Source: Aeriscardovia sp. (GTDB lineage Bacteria > Actinomycetota > Actinomycetes > Actinomycetales > Bifidobacteriaceae). Taken from it: a DNA stretch of 64,000 bases. The notes beneath the pieces were generated by a model. That model was given only the letters and a program-made list of their open reading frames with translations, did no database searches and was not told the DNA's origin. The DNA is taken from the NCBI GenBank assembly GCA_017413255.1, contig JAFPUC010000004.1:20882-84881 (forward strand). The letters are read 5' to 3'. Position 1 is the stretch's first letter; the number at the start of each line of letters is the position of its first letter. Below are positions 1 through 9,786 of the stretch, one piece after another. The position numbers were made by a program, and so were the translations under genes.

Positions 1-910
1 CCAGCACCGGAGCTATTGAAAGAACCGTAAGATTCTTAAAACGCTTTTCCTCCGGAACAGGGACGGTATTTGTAACTACAACTTCCCTAGCTCCGCAGTT
101 TGCCAAATCTTTGCTGGCGTTTCCATTTAGAAGGGCGTGGGTTGCAACTACGGTAACGCTTCTGGCCCCCGCCGCCCTGAGGCTTTTTACAGCCCCTATA
201 ATGGTGCCTCCGGTATCGATGATGTCGTCTACTATTACGCAGTCCTTGTCGCTCACATTTCCAACTACTTCTTTGGAAACCGTGACGTTTGGGCGGGTAA
301 TGTCGCGGGTCTTGTGCAGGAATATAAGGGGAACTCCACCCAGCCTGTTAGACCACTGTTCCGACACTTTTATCCTGCCGGCATCGGGGGAAACTATGGC
401 AAGGTTGCACCCTTTCATGCTTTCCTTTATGTAAGCTACAAGGGTGGGCATGGCCTGCAGGTGGTCTACAGGACCGTTGAAAAAGCCCTGGATTTGGGCG
501 GAATGAAGATCTACCGACATCACCCTGTTTACGCCGGCAGCCGTGAGAAGATCCATGACGAGCTTGCAGCTTATAGGTTCTCTGCCCAGATGCTTCTTGT
601 CCTGCCTGGAATACCCAAGGAAAGGTATTACGGCCGTAATGGATCTGACCGACGCCCTTTTCAAGGCATCTATCATAATCAGCTGCTCCATTATCCATTC
701 GTTTATAGGCTGGCAGTGGGTCTGGAATACGAAGACGTCGTCTCCGCGCACCGATTGGGTATACCTGCAGTAGATCTCCCCGTCTGCAAAGTCGTAGAGA
801 GTAGTTTTGAGAACTTCTATCCCCAAATGGGAGGCTATGTCTTTAGCTAAAGCCGGATAAGATCTTCCCGATACCAAAACAAGCTTCTTAGTGGCGTTGG
901 AGGAAAGCAT
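1..910 (-). CDS. prs: Ribose-phosphate pyrophosphokinase (3' end runs off the window start)
   Basis: Absent from the ORF track because it is open at the window edge. My translation of the minus strand from the ATG at 910-908 gives MLSSNATKKLVLVSGRSYPALAKDIASHLG...VDLHSAQIQGFF...VSPDAGR...CVIVDDIIDTGGTI...VVTNTVP. These are typical Prs PRPP-binding and catalytic loop motifs. Confidence 0.9.
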   Translation of the reverse strand, partial: MLSSNATKKLVLVSGRSYPALAKDIASHLGIEVLKTTLYDFADGEIYCRYTQSVRGDDVFVFQTHCQPINEWIMEQLIMIDALKRASVRSITAVIPFLGYSRQDKKHLGREPISCKLVMDLLTAAGVNRVMSVDLHSAQIQGFFNGPVDHLQAMPTLVAYIKESMKGCNLAIVSPDAGRIKVSEQWSNRLGGVPLIFLHKTRDITRPNVTVSKEVVGNVSDKDCVIVDDIIDTGGTIIGAVKSLRAAGARSVTVVATHALLNGNASKDLANCGAREVVVTNTVPVPEEKRFKNLTVLSIAPVL

Positions 911-959
911 CTCATAAGACGTATCACAATCTTGTGTCACAAAACGAAATTAATTGAAT

Positions 960-1556
960 CTATGGACAATTTTCCTTACGGTATAGGCCGCGCGCGCTGA
1001 TAAAACCGCATACCAGGGGGTCTGTAAGGTAATCGATAGGTTCCCCTTTAGCCACCCTTTTGCGAATTGAAGTGGAAGAAATGCTTAAAAGGGGAGGGGA
1101 GAAGACTTCAACTTTTTCCGCCATTTTTTTTGGCAGGTTTAGAGAGTGGCCGGGCCTTTTGGAAACTATGAATCTAGACATCCCAAACAGATCTTCCCAG
1201 TTTTTCCATTCTTCAATCCCCAAAAGGGCATCCATGCCGAGGATAAAGAAAAGTTGGCAGGGAGAATACAGGGATGAAAGATCGGAAAGGGTGTCAAAGG
1301 CGAAGGTGGGCCCACCCCGTTCAACGTCAACTTTTGAAAGGAAAAACCTGGGATCTTTTGAAATAGCCATGGAAACCATGGCGCACCGATCCAGGGGGGA
1401 AGCGACAGGTTTTTTTTGAAGAGAGAAATTGGTGGGGACGAAAGCCACCCGATCCAGCCCAAACTTAAAGGCCGCCATAGAAGCAAGGGAAAGGTGCCCG
1501 TAGTGGATGGGGTCAAAACTTCCCCCCATGACCCCAATCTTTAACGCCTCACTCAT
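960..1556 (-). CDS. nadD: Nicotinate-nucleotide adenylyltransferase
   Basis: 198-aa ORF with GVMGGSFDPIHYGHL (HxGH motif) and ISSTSIRKRV (ISSTxxR motif). The start overlaps the upstream ORF stop by 8 nt (ATGAGTGA). Confidence 0.9.
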   Translation of the reverse strand: MSEALKIGVMGGSFDPIHYGHLSLASMAAFKFGLDRVAFVPTNFSLQKKPVASPLDRCAMVSMAISKDPRFFLSKVDVERGGPTFAFDTLSDLSSLYSPCQLFFILGMDALLGIEEWKNWEDLFGMSRFIVSKRPGHSLNLPKKMAEKVEVFSPPLLSISSTSIRKRVAKGEPIDYLTDPLVCGFISARGLYRKENCP

Positions 1557-1998
1557 CCGGGTCGTCCAGAAAAGAAGCCTTGGCGTCCAAAAAGGAAAGG
1601 GGAGCGAAAGCAGGATCGCATAAAGCCCTTATGCTGGATGCAAAATCAGCTACCTGCACCAGTTCATCGGCCATAAGCGATATTTCCCCTCTTTTTTCAA
1701 ACTGTCTGAAAGAGGAGACATGCCTTTCAAGGGAAGAAAATAAATCCTTTTCCTTTTTCAAAATTTCCCCCGAATCCGGAATGCACTTTTCCCGGATGGG
1801 CCAGGGAGAGATTATGCCGGAACAAAACTTTAAAACGGGCTCGAAATTCGGATTCATATTTCCCTTCTCCGCCCAGATAAGGAAAACGTAGCGCAGCTGG
1901 GAAAGGCGCCAACAGGCTGCAAGGAGCACGTCAAAGCAGGTTCTGGGCCCCGAAGGGATATTGCCCCCTTCCTCCTTGGCCCCGGCATTTCTCTTCAT
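1549..1998 (-). CDS. Hypothetical protein, translationally coupled between nadK and nadD
   Basis: 149-aa ORF with no motif I recognise. It has an ATGA overlap with the nadK stop (1995-1998) and an 8-nt overlap with the nadD start. The true start may be the internal Met (MNPNFEPVLKF...). Confidence 0.45.
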   Translation of the reverse strand: MKRNAGAKEEGGNIPSGPRTCFDVLLAACWRLSQLRYVFLIWAEKGNMNPNFEPVLKFCSGIISPWPIREKCIPDSGEILKKEKDLFSSLERHVSSFRQFEKRGEISLMADELVQVADFASSIRALCDPAFAPLSFLDAKASFLDDPDE

Positions 1999-2858
1999 CC
2001 CTTTTCAGCTTCCCCTTCTTTCCAGCCAAGGGCAGGCAGGCGGAATTTAGAGGCAAGGCGCATGGCAAAAGAAGAGTAGCCCCCCGCCATAAGTATTGAC
2101 TGGAAAGAATGGCGCACGAGCACCTGAGATCCCCCCTTAATTTCAAGGTACCTCCTGCCATCAAAGACCAGGCAGGCAGGAGCCGGAGAAGAGGAAAGGA
2201 TTCGCACTTCAATCTGGCTGTCTTTATCCACTATCAAAGGGCATGGCATAAGAACTGCCCCGTCTACGGGAACTATTTCCAAAGCCCTTACCCCGGGCCA
2301 TATCACCCCGCCCCCCGCGCTAAGAGCGTAGGCGGTAGATCCTGTGGGAGTGGCAACTACAAGCCCGTTAGCCTCAAAATCAGCCATTTCTACGCCGTCA
2401 ACTCCAAGGCTCATGGAAATCATCCTTGAATTTGAGGCCCTTTCTACGGCCATTTCATTTATGGCCCATCCTTTGAAAGTCTGACGCCCCAAAGCTATGG
2501 AAGCCTCCAGCAAAAAGTGCCTGGAAACGGGATAGTTCCCGTCAAAAATTTCATCTGCAATTTTTGAAAACGAAGTGGTGGGCTGAGTCAAAAATCCAAG
2601 ATGGCCCATATTTATGCCAAACAGGGGAACTCCTGTGCCCTTTACTCTCTCGCAGGCCGCCAAAACCGTGCCGTCTCCCCCCAAAGACACGGCCAGCTCC
2701 GTCTTGGGATTTATGGGGCGGACGGGGTCGATAAGGGAATGATGAGGCACCGCGGCCTCTAGGTTCACTTTAAAGCCCTTGGAAAGGAGGGAACAGAACC
2801 TTAATACAGCCCTGGAGTTCAAAAGGGCCGCCCTGGAGATCACGGTTATCTGGCGCAT
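1995..2858 (-). CDS. nadK: NAD kinase
   Basis: GGDGTVLAA and NMGHLGFL motifs. The ORF track extends to 2918, but that overlaps tlyA by 50 nt. The ATG at 2858 (MRQITVISRAAL...) lies 10 nt after the tlyA stop and fits the usual N-terminus. Confidence 0.9.
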   Translation of the reverse strand: MRQITVISRAALLNSRAVLRFCSLLSKGFKVNLEAAVPHHSLIDPVRPINPKTELAVSLGGDGTVLAACERVKGTGVPLFGINMGHLGFLTQPTTSFSKIADEIFDGNYPVSRHFLLEASIALGRQTFKGWAINEMAVERASNSRMISMSLGVDGVEMADFEANGLVVATPTGSTAYALSAGGGVIWPGVRALEIVPVDGAVLMPCPLIVDKDSQIEVRILSSSPAPACLVFDGRRYLEIKGGSQVLVRHSFQSILMAGGYSSFAMRLASKFRLPALGWKEGEAEKG

Positions 2859-2868
2859 GCTACCAATT

Positions 2869-3591
2869 TTACCTATGAAGCCAAAGGAGAAATTCCCTGT
2901 TTCCCTTCTCTCCGGCAAGGGGCGAGGGAAGCGAGGAAAGAATTTTTAATCCCTCCTTTTTTGCCGCTTCCTTTACGGCTTCAAGACTTTTTTCCCTTTC
3001 CTTTTCATCTTTCACCACTCCCCTTTTGCCCAATTTCCCTTTTCCCACTTCAAATTGGGGCTTCACCAGAGCCACACATTCCTGCACGCTTTCGATTTCA
3101 AAAATTTTGGGAAGGGCGAGGCGGAGGGAGATGAAAGAAAGATCGGCGGTGGCAAGGGTGGGAAAAGTAGGAAGTGAGGAGGGATTTAAAAACCGGATGT
3201 TTACCCCCTCCATGTTTCTAACCCTGGGATCGCTTTGAAGAAGGGGGGAAAGCTGATCGGTTCCAACATCTAGGGCTATCACGTCTTTAGCCCCCCATTT
3301 TAAGAGAACTTGGGTAAAGCCGCCCGTGCTCGCCCCCACGTCTATGCACTCTCTTCCGCTTACTTTGAGGCCCATAGGGCAAAACTTTTCAAGGGCGGAT
3401 TCCAGCTTTAAAGCTCCCCGCGAAACAAAACCCTTCTCCCCTGCAATCTCCACCTTTTCTTCGGAAAGGATGGGGAAAGAGGGCTTCGTTACGCAGGCTC
3501 CCTCTACCCTGACTTTGCCATCCAAGATCATTTGCCTGCATTTTGTGCGCGACAGCCCTTCTTTTTGGGCCAAAAATACATCCAGCCTCAA
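2869..3591 (-). CDS. tlyA: TlyA-family 16S/23S rRNA (cytidine-2'-O)-methyltransferase
   Basis: N-terminal S4-like segment MRLDVFLAQKEGLSRTKCRQMILDGKVRVEG, followed by the FtsJ-type SAM motif DVGASTGGFTQVLL. Confidence 0.9.
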   Translation of the reverse strand: MRLDVFLAQKEGLSRTKCRQMILDGKVRVEGACVTKPSFPILSEEKVEIAGEKGFVSRGALKLESALEKFCPMGLKVSGRECIDVGASTGGFTQVLLKWGAKDVIALDVGTDQLSPLLQSDPRVRNMEGVNIRFLNPSSLPTFPTLATADLSFISLRLALPKIFEIESVQECVALVKPQFEVGKGKLGKRGVVKDEKEREKSLEAVKEAAKKEGLKILSSLPSPLAGEKGNREFLLWLHR

Positions 3592-3598
3592 ATCGGTC

Positions 3599-4543
3599 CT
3601 AACTTAAAAGGTCCTCTATCACCCTCTCATCCAGGTTTTCAAGGTCGAAGTCTACTAGCCCCTCTTCTTCCTCTTCTTCCGGAAAGACTTTGCTTTCCAT
3701 ATCCTCTATTTCCTTTTCCATGGCATCTGCCTCTTTCTTTTTGCCTGCCATGAAAAGAAAAGTCTGCTCCGCTTCGCAGGCCCTCAATTTGTATGAGAGG
3801 GGGAGGCCCGGCAGCGCTTTCATGCTCCTGACGATTTTAAGGGCCCGCTTCGTATCTTTAAGGTCGGCAAAGGCTCCGGCCATTACCAGCATCATTTCAA
3901 GCTTTGACTCTGCAGAGGCGTCCTGGCTTTCCTTGCGTATCGTCTCTATGGCCTTCTTAGGCTCTCCAAGCCCTCTGTAGCAGTCCGCTATGAAGGGAAC
4001 CCAATCGCTCTCCCCGTTCAGCCGCCGGACGGTCAAAAATTCCTTTAGAGCCGTCTTGAAGTCCTGGGACCTATAGGCCATAAGCGCCAGGCATTCCCTG
4101 GCTATATCAATTCTAGAAGCGTTGGAGGCGGCCCATTTGGCGTGTTCCAAGGCCAGGGGAAGATCCTCCCCCTCGAGTTCATAGGCGGCAAGGATGTGAA
4201 GGCCGACATTTTCCGCGTGTTCGCGGCTTAAAGATCTCAAGGCGTCTTTATCGGAAGAAGAAAGCATGTCCCATGAAAGGCCCTTAGGCAGCGCAGGCTC
4301 TTTAGGCCTTAACTCGTCGTAAGGGTTTTGAGAGGGGTAGCGCAGCCGATCGGGCTCTTTTTTTTCCTGCGGAAAAGAGCGGGGCCTCTTTTTTCCAAAG
4401 TTTTTATTAAAAGGTTTTTTGCTTCCTCTTTCCCCGCCTTTTTGAGCGCCGAATTTGTGCTGGGCGGACTTGGGGCCGGGGCGCTTTTGGCCTCCAAACG
4501 ACTGCCTTGCCGGCTTCTTTGCGCCGGATTTTCTTTCTTCCAT
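3599..4543 (-). CDS. Hypothetical protein with a basic disordered N-terminus and a TPR-like helical C-terminal part
   Basis: 314-aa ORF. The first ~90 aa are Lys/Arg/Gly/Pro-rich (KKPARQSFGGQKRPGPKS...). The remainder is helical-repeat-like. It is tightly packed between the upstream DUF4190-like membrane protein gene (4552-5460) and tlyA. Confidence 0.6.
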   Translation of the reverse strand: MEERKSGAKKPARQSFGGQKRPGPKSAQHKFGAQKGGERGSKKPFNKNFGKKRPRSFPQEKKEPDRLRYPSQNPYDELRPKEPALPKGLSWDMLSSSDKDALRSLSREHAENVGLHILAAYELEGEDLPLALEHAKWAASNASRIDIARECLALMAYRSQDFKTALKEFLTVRRLNGESDWVPFIADCYRGLGEPKKAIETIRKESQDASAESKLEMMLVMAGAFADLKDTKRALKIVRSMKALPGLPLSYKLRACEAEQTFLFMAGKKKEADAMEKEIEDMESKVFPEEEEEEGLVDFDLENLDERVIEDLLS

Positions 4544-4551
4544 TGCTCTCC

Positions 4552-5460
4552 TTAGATCCTTAGCCCGGAACCTGAGCCCGCCCCCAGCTTCTGGGTAAGC
4601 CAGCTAATAATTTGCTGATCGGTTATTCCCATGAAGAAGAGGACGATGTCTAGGACTATATAAAGGCAGGAAATGACTATTGCCGCTATTGCCAGCCCCT
4701 TTCCCCTCATGTGAAGCTGCTTTACGCGGATAAGGGAGAAAATTCCGAGGGGAAGGCCTACGAGCCAGATCCCGAGAATCGAGGCCACAAAGGCAATTAC
4801 GGAAAGCCCGTCGATTTTTCCATAGTAGGGGTTTTGCCTGGGGTCGGAAGTATTGATATTTTCCTGCCTGCCGGCGAAGGAGTTTTGAGAGCTCTGACCG
4901 TAACCAAATCCATAGGGATTTTGCTGATAAGGATTTTGAGGCTGGCTTCCGAAAGGCTGCTGGTTTCCGAATGGAGATTGCCCATAGTAGGGGTTTTGCC
5001 CGGAATACTGACCTTGTCCCGGATTTTGGGGAGGATTAGAAAAGTTTTGGGGGTTTTGGCCCGGGGTTCCATTGGCTCCTGAAAGCCCCTGGGCCCCGTA
5101 AGCGTCTGAAAATGGGTTTTCACCTCCTTCCTTTGCCCCGGCCTCGTCTTTTGGGGACTGTTGAGAACTGTTGTCGGGCGCCCCAAAGATATAAGGGTTG
5201 TAACCCGGGTATTGGGAAAGCATTTGGCCATACATAGGCTTGTCTGTTCCCGGGATGTCGGCATCTGGATCCAAGCCCGAAGCGTCATAGTCCAACTGGA
5301 CTATTTTCTCCTCTTTAGCCTCCTCTTTTTTCTTCTCTTCAGCCTGTTCTTTTTCAGGATCCATTCCCGATCCCGAAGGAGAAGACGGAGTCGGCGCCGG
5401 AGGCGTTGCGGGATCCTCGGCTTTCGGCTGCTCGCTATTTTCTTCGTTTTGCTCGTTCAT
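4552..5460 (-). CDS. Low-complexity Pro/Gln/Gly-rich membrane protein with a DUF4190-like C-terminal TM domain
   Basis: The ORF track gives 4552-5478. The likely start MNEQNEEN at 5460 avoids overlap with pheT. The C-terminus, IAFVASILGIWLVGLPLGIFSLIRV...AIAAIVISCLYIVLDIVLFF, forms two TM helices. Confidence 0.6.
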   Translation of the reverse strand: MNEQNEENSEQPKAEDPATPPAPTPSSPSGSGMDPEKEQAEEKKKEEAKEEKIVQLDYDASGLDPDADIPGTDKPMYGQMLSQYPGYNPYIFGAPDNSSQQSPKDEAGAKEGGENPFSDAYGAQGLSGANGTPGQNPQNFSNPPQNPGQGQYSGQNPYYGQSPFGNQQPFGSQPQNPYQQNPYGFGYGQSSQNSFAGRQENINTSDPRQNPYYGKIDGLSVIAFVASILGIWLVGLPLGIFSLIRVKQLHMRGKGLAIAAIVISCLYIVLDIVLFFMGITDQQIISWLTQKLGAGSGSGLRI

Positions 5461-5471
5461 GATTTTTCCGC

Positions 5472-7958
5472 CTAACAATTCCCTTTCAGGCGCGCTCCTG
5501 CGGCCTGTGCAATGGAAATTATGCTATCACGTATTTTTGTAATGTCTTGCGAGTCTAGGGTTTTTTCTTTAGACCTAAGACGCACTGAAAAAGTAAGAGA
5601 GGGATTTTCCCCTTCCTCCTTGTACACATCAAAAAGCTCCAGGCCTTCCAGGGTTTCTCCCGCCCCCTTTCTTATGCATTCTTCCAGCTCCCCGCAGCTC
5701 ATCTTACTTCCCGTTTCAAAGGAAAAGTCCTGCTTTACCGATGGGTAAAGAGAGGGTGAAGAAGCGCGGAAAGCTTCCTTTGGAACGGAAGCTAAGGCCT
5801 CCAAGTCTATTTCCAAAGCGCAGCTGTGATCAAAGAGGCCCAGATTCTTAATTGTCCTGGGATTTATTTCCCCCGCAATTCCGATGAGCTTTCCTTTGAG
5901 GTAAACTGCGCAGCTTCTTCCGGGGTGAAGTAGGGATGAATTGAAACCGGAGGCGATGGAGGAAGCGGGCTGCTTGATTTCAAACTTGAGGCGCAGTCTT
6001 TCCTCCAGCCTGTTTAGTACCTGCAAAACATCCCTGTAGTCTAAAAGCTCTCTCTCATTTTGCCAGTTATTTTCAAATCCTTTTCCGCTGAGAACGGCTG
6101 CGGCGTGAAGAGGCTGAGAAGGAAGGGAGCACTCGATGGCGGCCAGCTTTTCGTCGCTCAGCCTTTCCCCTCTGGGGGGCTTTTCGGAGAACCATGATTT
6201 ACCGCTCGCTAAAAATACGCGTCCCGTCTCAAATATCTTTACTCCCTCAAGTCCGTGATGCACATTTGAAGAGCAGGTGAAAAGGAGGGTGGAGAGAAGA
6301 TCGGTCCTCATAAAGGGCCTAGAATCGTAGAGAGGATTTGCGATCTTCATCAGCTTTAAGTCCTCCGGGCTTTCTTCCAGCAGAGCAAAGTCTTTCTCTC
6401 CTACGAATGGGTAACTCGTGACTTCGTTTAGACCCGCATAGGCAAAAGCGTCTTGAACCTTTTGTTCAACTTTCTTTAGAGGAGAAGAGGCGGCCATGGC
6501 TCGGTTCTCTGGAAGGCCGGGCTTTATTAAGTCATAGCCGACAAGCCTTCCGATTTCCCCTTCTACATCCACAGCTTCCCGAAGGTCGTATCTCCATGAC
6601 GGGATTTTTACAAAAAGCCTTCCGTCTTCGGACTTTACCTCGCATCCGGCCTCTTGCAGCTCTTTTACCATTTTTTCTTCCGGGATCTCTTCTCCCAAAA
6701 TGCTTTCCGCTTTCTTCGTTTCGACTTTTATTACCCTCTCTTCCCACGGCTTTTCAAGGGAAAGGAGAGTTTCAAAACTGCATCCTTTAAGGAGGGAAAG
6801 AGCCCGGCTAAGTGCAGGTTTGCACGCCCTGCTGTCTACTCCCCTCTCCAGCCTGTAGGAAGAGTCGGTGGAAATCTTAAGGCTCTGGGAAAGCCTGGAG
6901 GCGTAAGAGGGGTCAAGGGAGTAGGAAAGGAAGAGGGCTTCTTTGCAGCCTTTCCCAGCTTCCAGTCCCGAGGCCGTCCCCATTCCCAAAAGGCTCAAAA
7001 CCTTTCCGTCATTTTTCTGGCAAACTACTACCCTCCCTTCGCACTCTATCTCTTTTCCTAAGATCTTCGCCTTTTCCCCCGCTTTTCCCTTCCTAACTTG
7101 CAGGGGAAAAGAAATTTTGCCCGCATCCATCACTTCTACGGGGCATCCTATTTCAAGGGTGGCAAAAGAGGCCGCAGCCTGAGCCTGCGTCTTTGTTATC
7201 ACATCCGACAAAGCCAGGCGCCTAAAGATCCGGTCTTCAGGATCTTTTGAAATCTCTTCTCCCTCTGCCCTTGCGGCAAAGAGGCAGTAGAGTTCTTCCA
7301 TCCCCTCTTCTACTTCGATTTGGCCTTCTTTAAGGCGGGGAAGAGAGGAAAGGGCGGGGCTGAGGGCCGGATCTCTGTAGGCCCCTCCCCATGCGCAGTG
7401 AAGCTCTCTTGCCATCCCCCTGTAAGAAAGGGCGTACCCTCTGTTGGGCGTGATTTCCACATCCAGCTTCCAGCCCTTGATTTTAAGCAGCTCTATTGCG
7501 TCTTCTCCGGGCTTGATTTCCCCTTTCTGGCCCAGATCATCTAGAAGGATTATCCCGTCTTGAGTAGATCCCTTCCAGCCCAGCTCTCTAAATGAGCAGC
7601 ACATTCCGTTGGAAGTGTGGCCGTACTTGGGTTGGGGGAGGATGAGAAAGCCGCCCGCCAAAACGGCCCCCGGAAGGGCCAGCGCCACCCAGCTTCCCTT
7701 GGCGATGTTTGGAGCTCCGCACACAATCTCTTCCACTTTCTGACCTATGTCGATTTTGCAGAAGTGGATTTCGTGGCCCTTATGCATCTCGGGTACGCAC
7801 TCTAGAACGTGGCCCACCACAAGGGGCCCCGTTATCGCAGGAGAAAGCTTTTCTTCTTCAAACCCCATCTTTGTGAGGGCAAAAGCTATTTTTTGCGGGC
7901 TGGATCCGGCAGGAGTGTCCACATACTCCTTCATCCAGTCCAAATCTATTACAGTCAT
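5472..7958 (-). CDS. pheT: Phenylalanine--tRNA ligase beta subunit
   Basis: 828 aa. It has an N-terminal tRNA-binding domain (VVGHVLECVPE...FCKIDIG) and B3/4 and B5 regions. The C-terminal FDX-ACB-like end reads DVYKEEGENPSLTFSVRLRS. It lies directly downstream of pheS. Confidence 0.95.
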   Translation of the reverse strand: MTVIDLDWMKEYVDTPAGSSPQKIAFALTKMGFEEEKLSPAITGPLVVGHVLECVPEMHKGHEIHFCKIDIGQKVEEIVCGAPNIAKGSWVALALPGAVLAGGFLILPQPKYGHTSNGMCCSFRELGWKGSTQDGIILLDDLGQKGEIKPGEDAIELLKIKGWKLDVEITPNRGYALSYRGMARELHCAWGGAYRDPALSPALSSLPRLKEGQIEVEEGMEELYCLFAARAEGEEISKDPEDRIFRRLALSDVITKTQAQAAASFATLEIGCPVEVMDAGKISFPLQVRKGKAGEKAKILGKEIECEGRVVVCQKNDGKVLSLLGMGTASGLEAGKGCKEALFLSYSLDPSYASRLSQSLKISTDSSYRLERGVDSRACKPALSRALSLLKGCSFETLLSLEKPWEERVIKVETKKAESILGEEIPEEKMVKELQEAGCEVKSEDGRLFVKIPSWRYDLREAVDVEGEIGRLVGYDLIKPGLPENRAMAASSPLKKVEQKVQDAFAYAGLNEVTSYPFVGEKDFALLEESPEDLKLMKIANPLYDSRPFMRTDLLSTLLFTCSSNVHHGLEGVKIFETGRVFLASGKSWFSEKPPRGERLSDEKLAAIECSLPSQPLHAAAVLSGKGFENNWQNERELLDYRDVLQVLNRLEERLRLKFEIKQPASSIASGFNSSLLHPGRSCAVYLKGKLIGIAGEINPRTIKNLGLFDHSCALEIDLEALASVPKEAFRASSPSLYPSVKQDFSFETGSKMSCGELEECIRKGAGETLEGLELFDVYKEEGENPSLTFSVRLRSKEKTLDSQDITKIRDSIISIAQAAGARLKGNC

Positions 7959-8983
7959 TACTCCCCCATCGCAAACTGACGGCTGAAACGCTCGTCGCCT
8001 TCTACAAGATCGTGCATGTCTTTTATGCCGTACTTGAGCATAGCCACTCTTTCAATCCCTATCCCGAAGGCAAATCCCGTGTACTTTTCAGGGTCTACCC
8101 CCGCGCTCTTGAGGACGTTGGGATGCACCATCCCGGCTCCTGCAAGTTCTACCCACTTTCCACCTTCTCCCCCAAAGAGCATATCCATTTCAAAACTTGG
8201 TTCGGTGAAAGGGAAGTAGGAGGGGCGAAGCCTGATTTCGGCCTCACCAAAAAGATAGGCGCAAAGGGCTTTTAAAACCCCCTTAAGATCTGAAACCGAA
8301 AGGCCTTCGTCTACTGCCAGCCCTTCGCACTGGTGAAAGACTGGAGAGTGGAAGGCGTCGAGGGGGTCGGATCTAAAGACTTTCCCTATGGAAGCTGTAT
8401 AGAGGGGAAGGGGGCCTGAGATAAGTTCGCGAACCTGGGTGGAACTGGTCTGGGTCCTTAGAACCAGGCAGCTTTCTTCCGGAGACATGTAGAAAGTGTC
8501 CTGCATCTGTCGGGCAGGATGGTCGGGCGGAAAGTTTAAAGCGTCGAAGTTGTACCAGGCGTGCTCTATTTCGGGCCCTTCACCCAAAGACCAGCCAAGG
8601 GAAGTGAAGAAAGCCTCTATCTTTCTGGACGCCAGAGTGATGGGGTGAAGTGAGCCCATGGGGAAGCGGGTGAAGGGAAGAGTCATGTCGACCCGCTCGG
8701 AATCGAGTTTTTCTTTTTCTTCCTTCGCCTCAACTTCTTCCTTCTTCTTCAGGAAGGCGCAGTCAAATTCTTTCTTGCACCTTCCGAAAAATTCCCCGGC
8801 CTCTTTCCTCTCATCCTTTTGCAGGGAGCCTATGGACTTGGAGGCTAGGGAAAAAAGTCCCTGGGATCCAAAGTACTTGGAGTGGACAGATTCGAGTTCC
8901 TCAGAACTTTGCGCCCCCTCTATTTGCTTTAGCCCCTCCTTTAAGGAAGAAGAGAGGGCGGAAGAATCGAAAACCGCATTCAT
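7958..8983 (-). CDS. pheS: Phenylalanine--tRNA ligase alpha subunit
   Basis: FPPDHPARQMQDTFY, GAGMVHPNVL and FAFGIGIERVAMLKYGI are class II aaRS motifs. Confidence 0.95.
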   Translation of the reverse strand: MNAVFDSSALSSSLKEGLKQIEGAQSSEELESVHSKYFGSQGLFSLASKSIGSLQKDERKEAGEFFGRCKKEFDCAFLKKKEEVEAKEEKEKLDSERVDMTLPFTRFPMGSLHPITLASRKIEAFFTSLGWSLGEGPEIEHAWYNFDALNFPPDHPARQMQDTFYMSPEESCLVLRTQTSSTQVRELISGPLPLYTASIGKVFRSDPLDAFHSPVFHQCEGLAVDEGLSVSDLKGVLKALCAYLFGEAEIRLRPSYFPFTEPSFEMDMLFGGEGGKWVELAGAGMVHPNVLKSAGVDPEKYTGFAFGIGIERVAMLKYGIKDMHDLVEGDERFSRQFAMGE

Positions 8984-9786
8984 AATTCACCTTTCATTCT
9001 TTGGCTCCTGACTGCGTCGTAGACTAGGATGCTGGCTGCCGAAGAGAGGTTTAAAGACTCTGCCTGGCCGAATATGGGTATTTTAGCCACGGCATGGCTT
9101 TCTTTGATGAGCCTCTCGGGAAGGCCGCGTGCCTCATTGCCGAAAAGTAGCACCATAGAGCCTAGGCCCTCCAAAGCGGAGGGGGAAGAATCTATCAACA
9201 CCTTTTTATCAAAATCCCTGCCGCTTGTAGAGATCAGAGAGGCAAAATCTCTTAAATCCAGCAATTCTTCTTCAGAACACCTGAAAAAGGGGATGTGGAA
9301 AATGGATCCGGCGCTGGATCTGACTACCTTTGGATTAAAAGGGGAGGCGCATTCGTCTACCAAAAGCACGGCCCTACACCCCGCCGCATCGCAGCTTCTG
9401 ATTATCGTTCCCTCGTTTCCGGGGTCCCTGACTTGCCAAAGGGCGCAGATTACAAAGGGGCCGGAAAGATTGAGGGAGGAAAAATCCCTCTCCAGATCTT
9501 TTGAAGAGGCTACCGCCAAAACGCCCTGGCAGTCTTTGGAAATCTTTTCTACCGCCCTGTGGGAGGCAGGGTGAAACCATGCTTCATCCCCCTGGCAAAA
9601 TTCTTCCGCAATAGGTAAAGATTCGTCGAAGTATACGTCTTTTGCCAGTCCGCTCCTTATTGCCTCCCGCACGGCCTGGGGGCCTTCGACCAGAAACTTT
9701 CCGCTCTTTTTCCAGCCCGATTTTGAGGAATAAAAGGCGATCTTGCAAACCCTTTCAGATCCCTCTTCGAGCCTCTCTCCCCTCAT
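8980..9786 (-). CDS. TrmH/SpoU-family RNA 2'-O-methyltransferase
   Basis: FGNEARGL and ESLNLSSAASILVYD motifs. The ORF track extends to 9909, but the ATG at 9786 makes a TAATG stop-start overlap with the upstream ECF gene. Confidence 0.8.
   Translation of the reverse strand: MRGERLEEGSERVCKIAFYSSKSGWKKSGKFLVEGPQAVREAIRSGLAKDVYFDESLPIAEEFCQGDEAWFHPASHRAVEKISKDCQGVLAVASSKDLERDFSSLNLSGPFVICALWQVRDPGNEGTIIRSCDAAGCRAVLLVDECASPFNPKVVRSSAGSIFHIPFFRCSEEELLDLRDFASLISTSGRDFDKKVLIDSSPSALEGLGSMVLLFGNEARGLPERLIKESHAVAKIPIFGQAESLNLSSAASILVYDAVRSQRMKGEL

Noticed and set aside
137-850. 237-aa plus-strand ORF at the window start.
   Set aside because: It lies entirely antisense to the clearly recognisable prs gene (minus strand, 1-910). 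It has no motifs and a skewed composition (Tyr/Gly/Arg-rich), typical of a shadow ORF.
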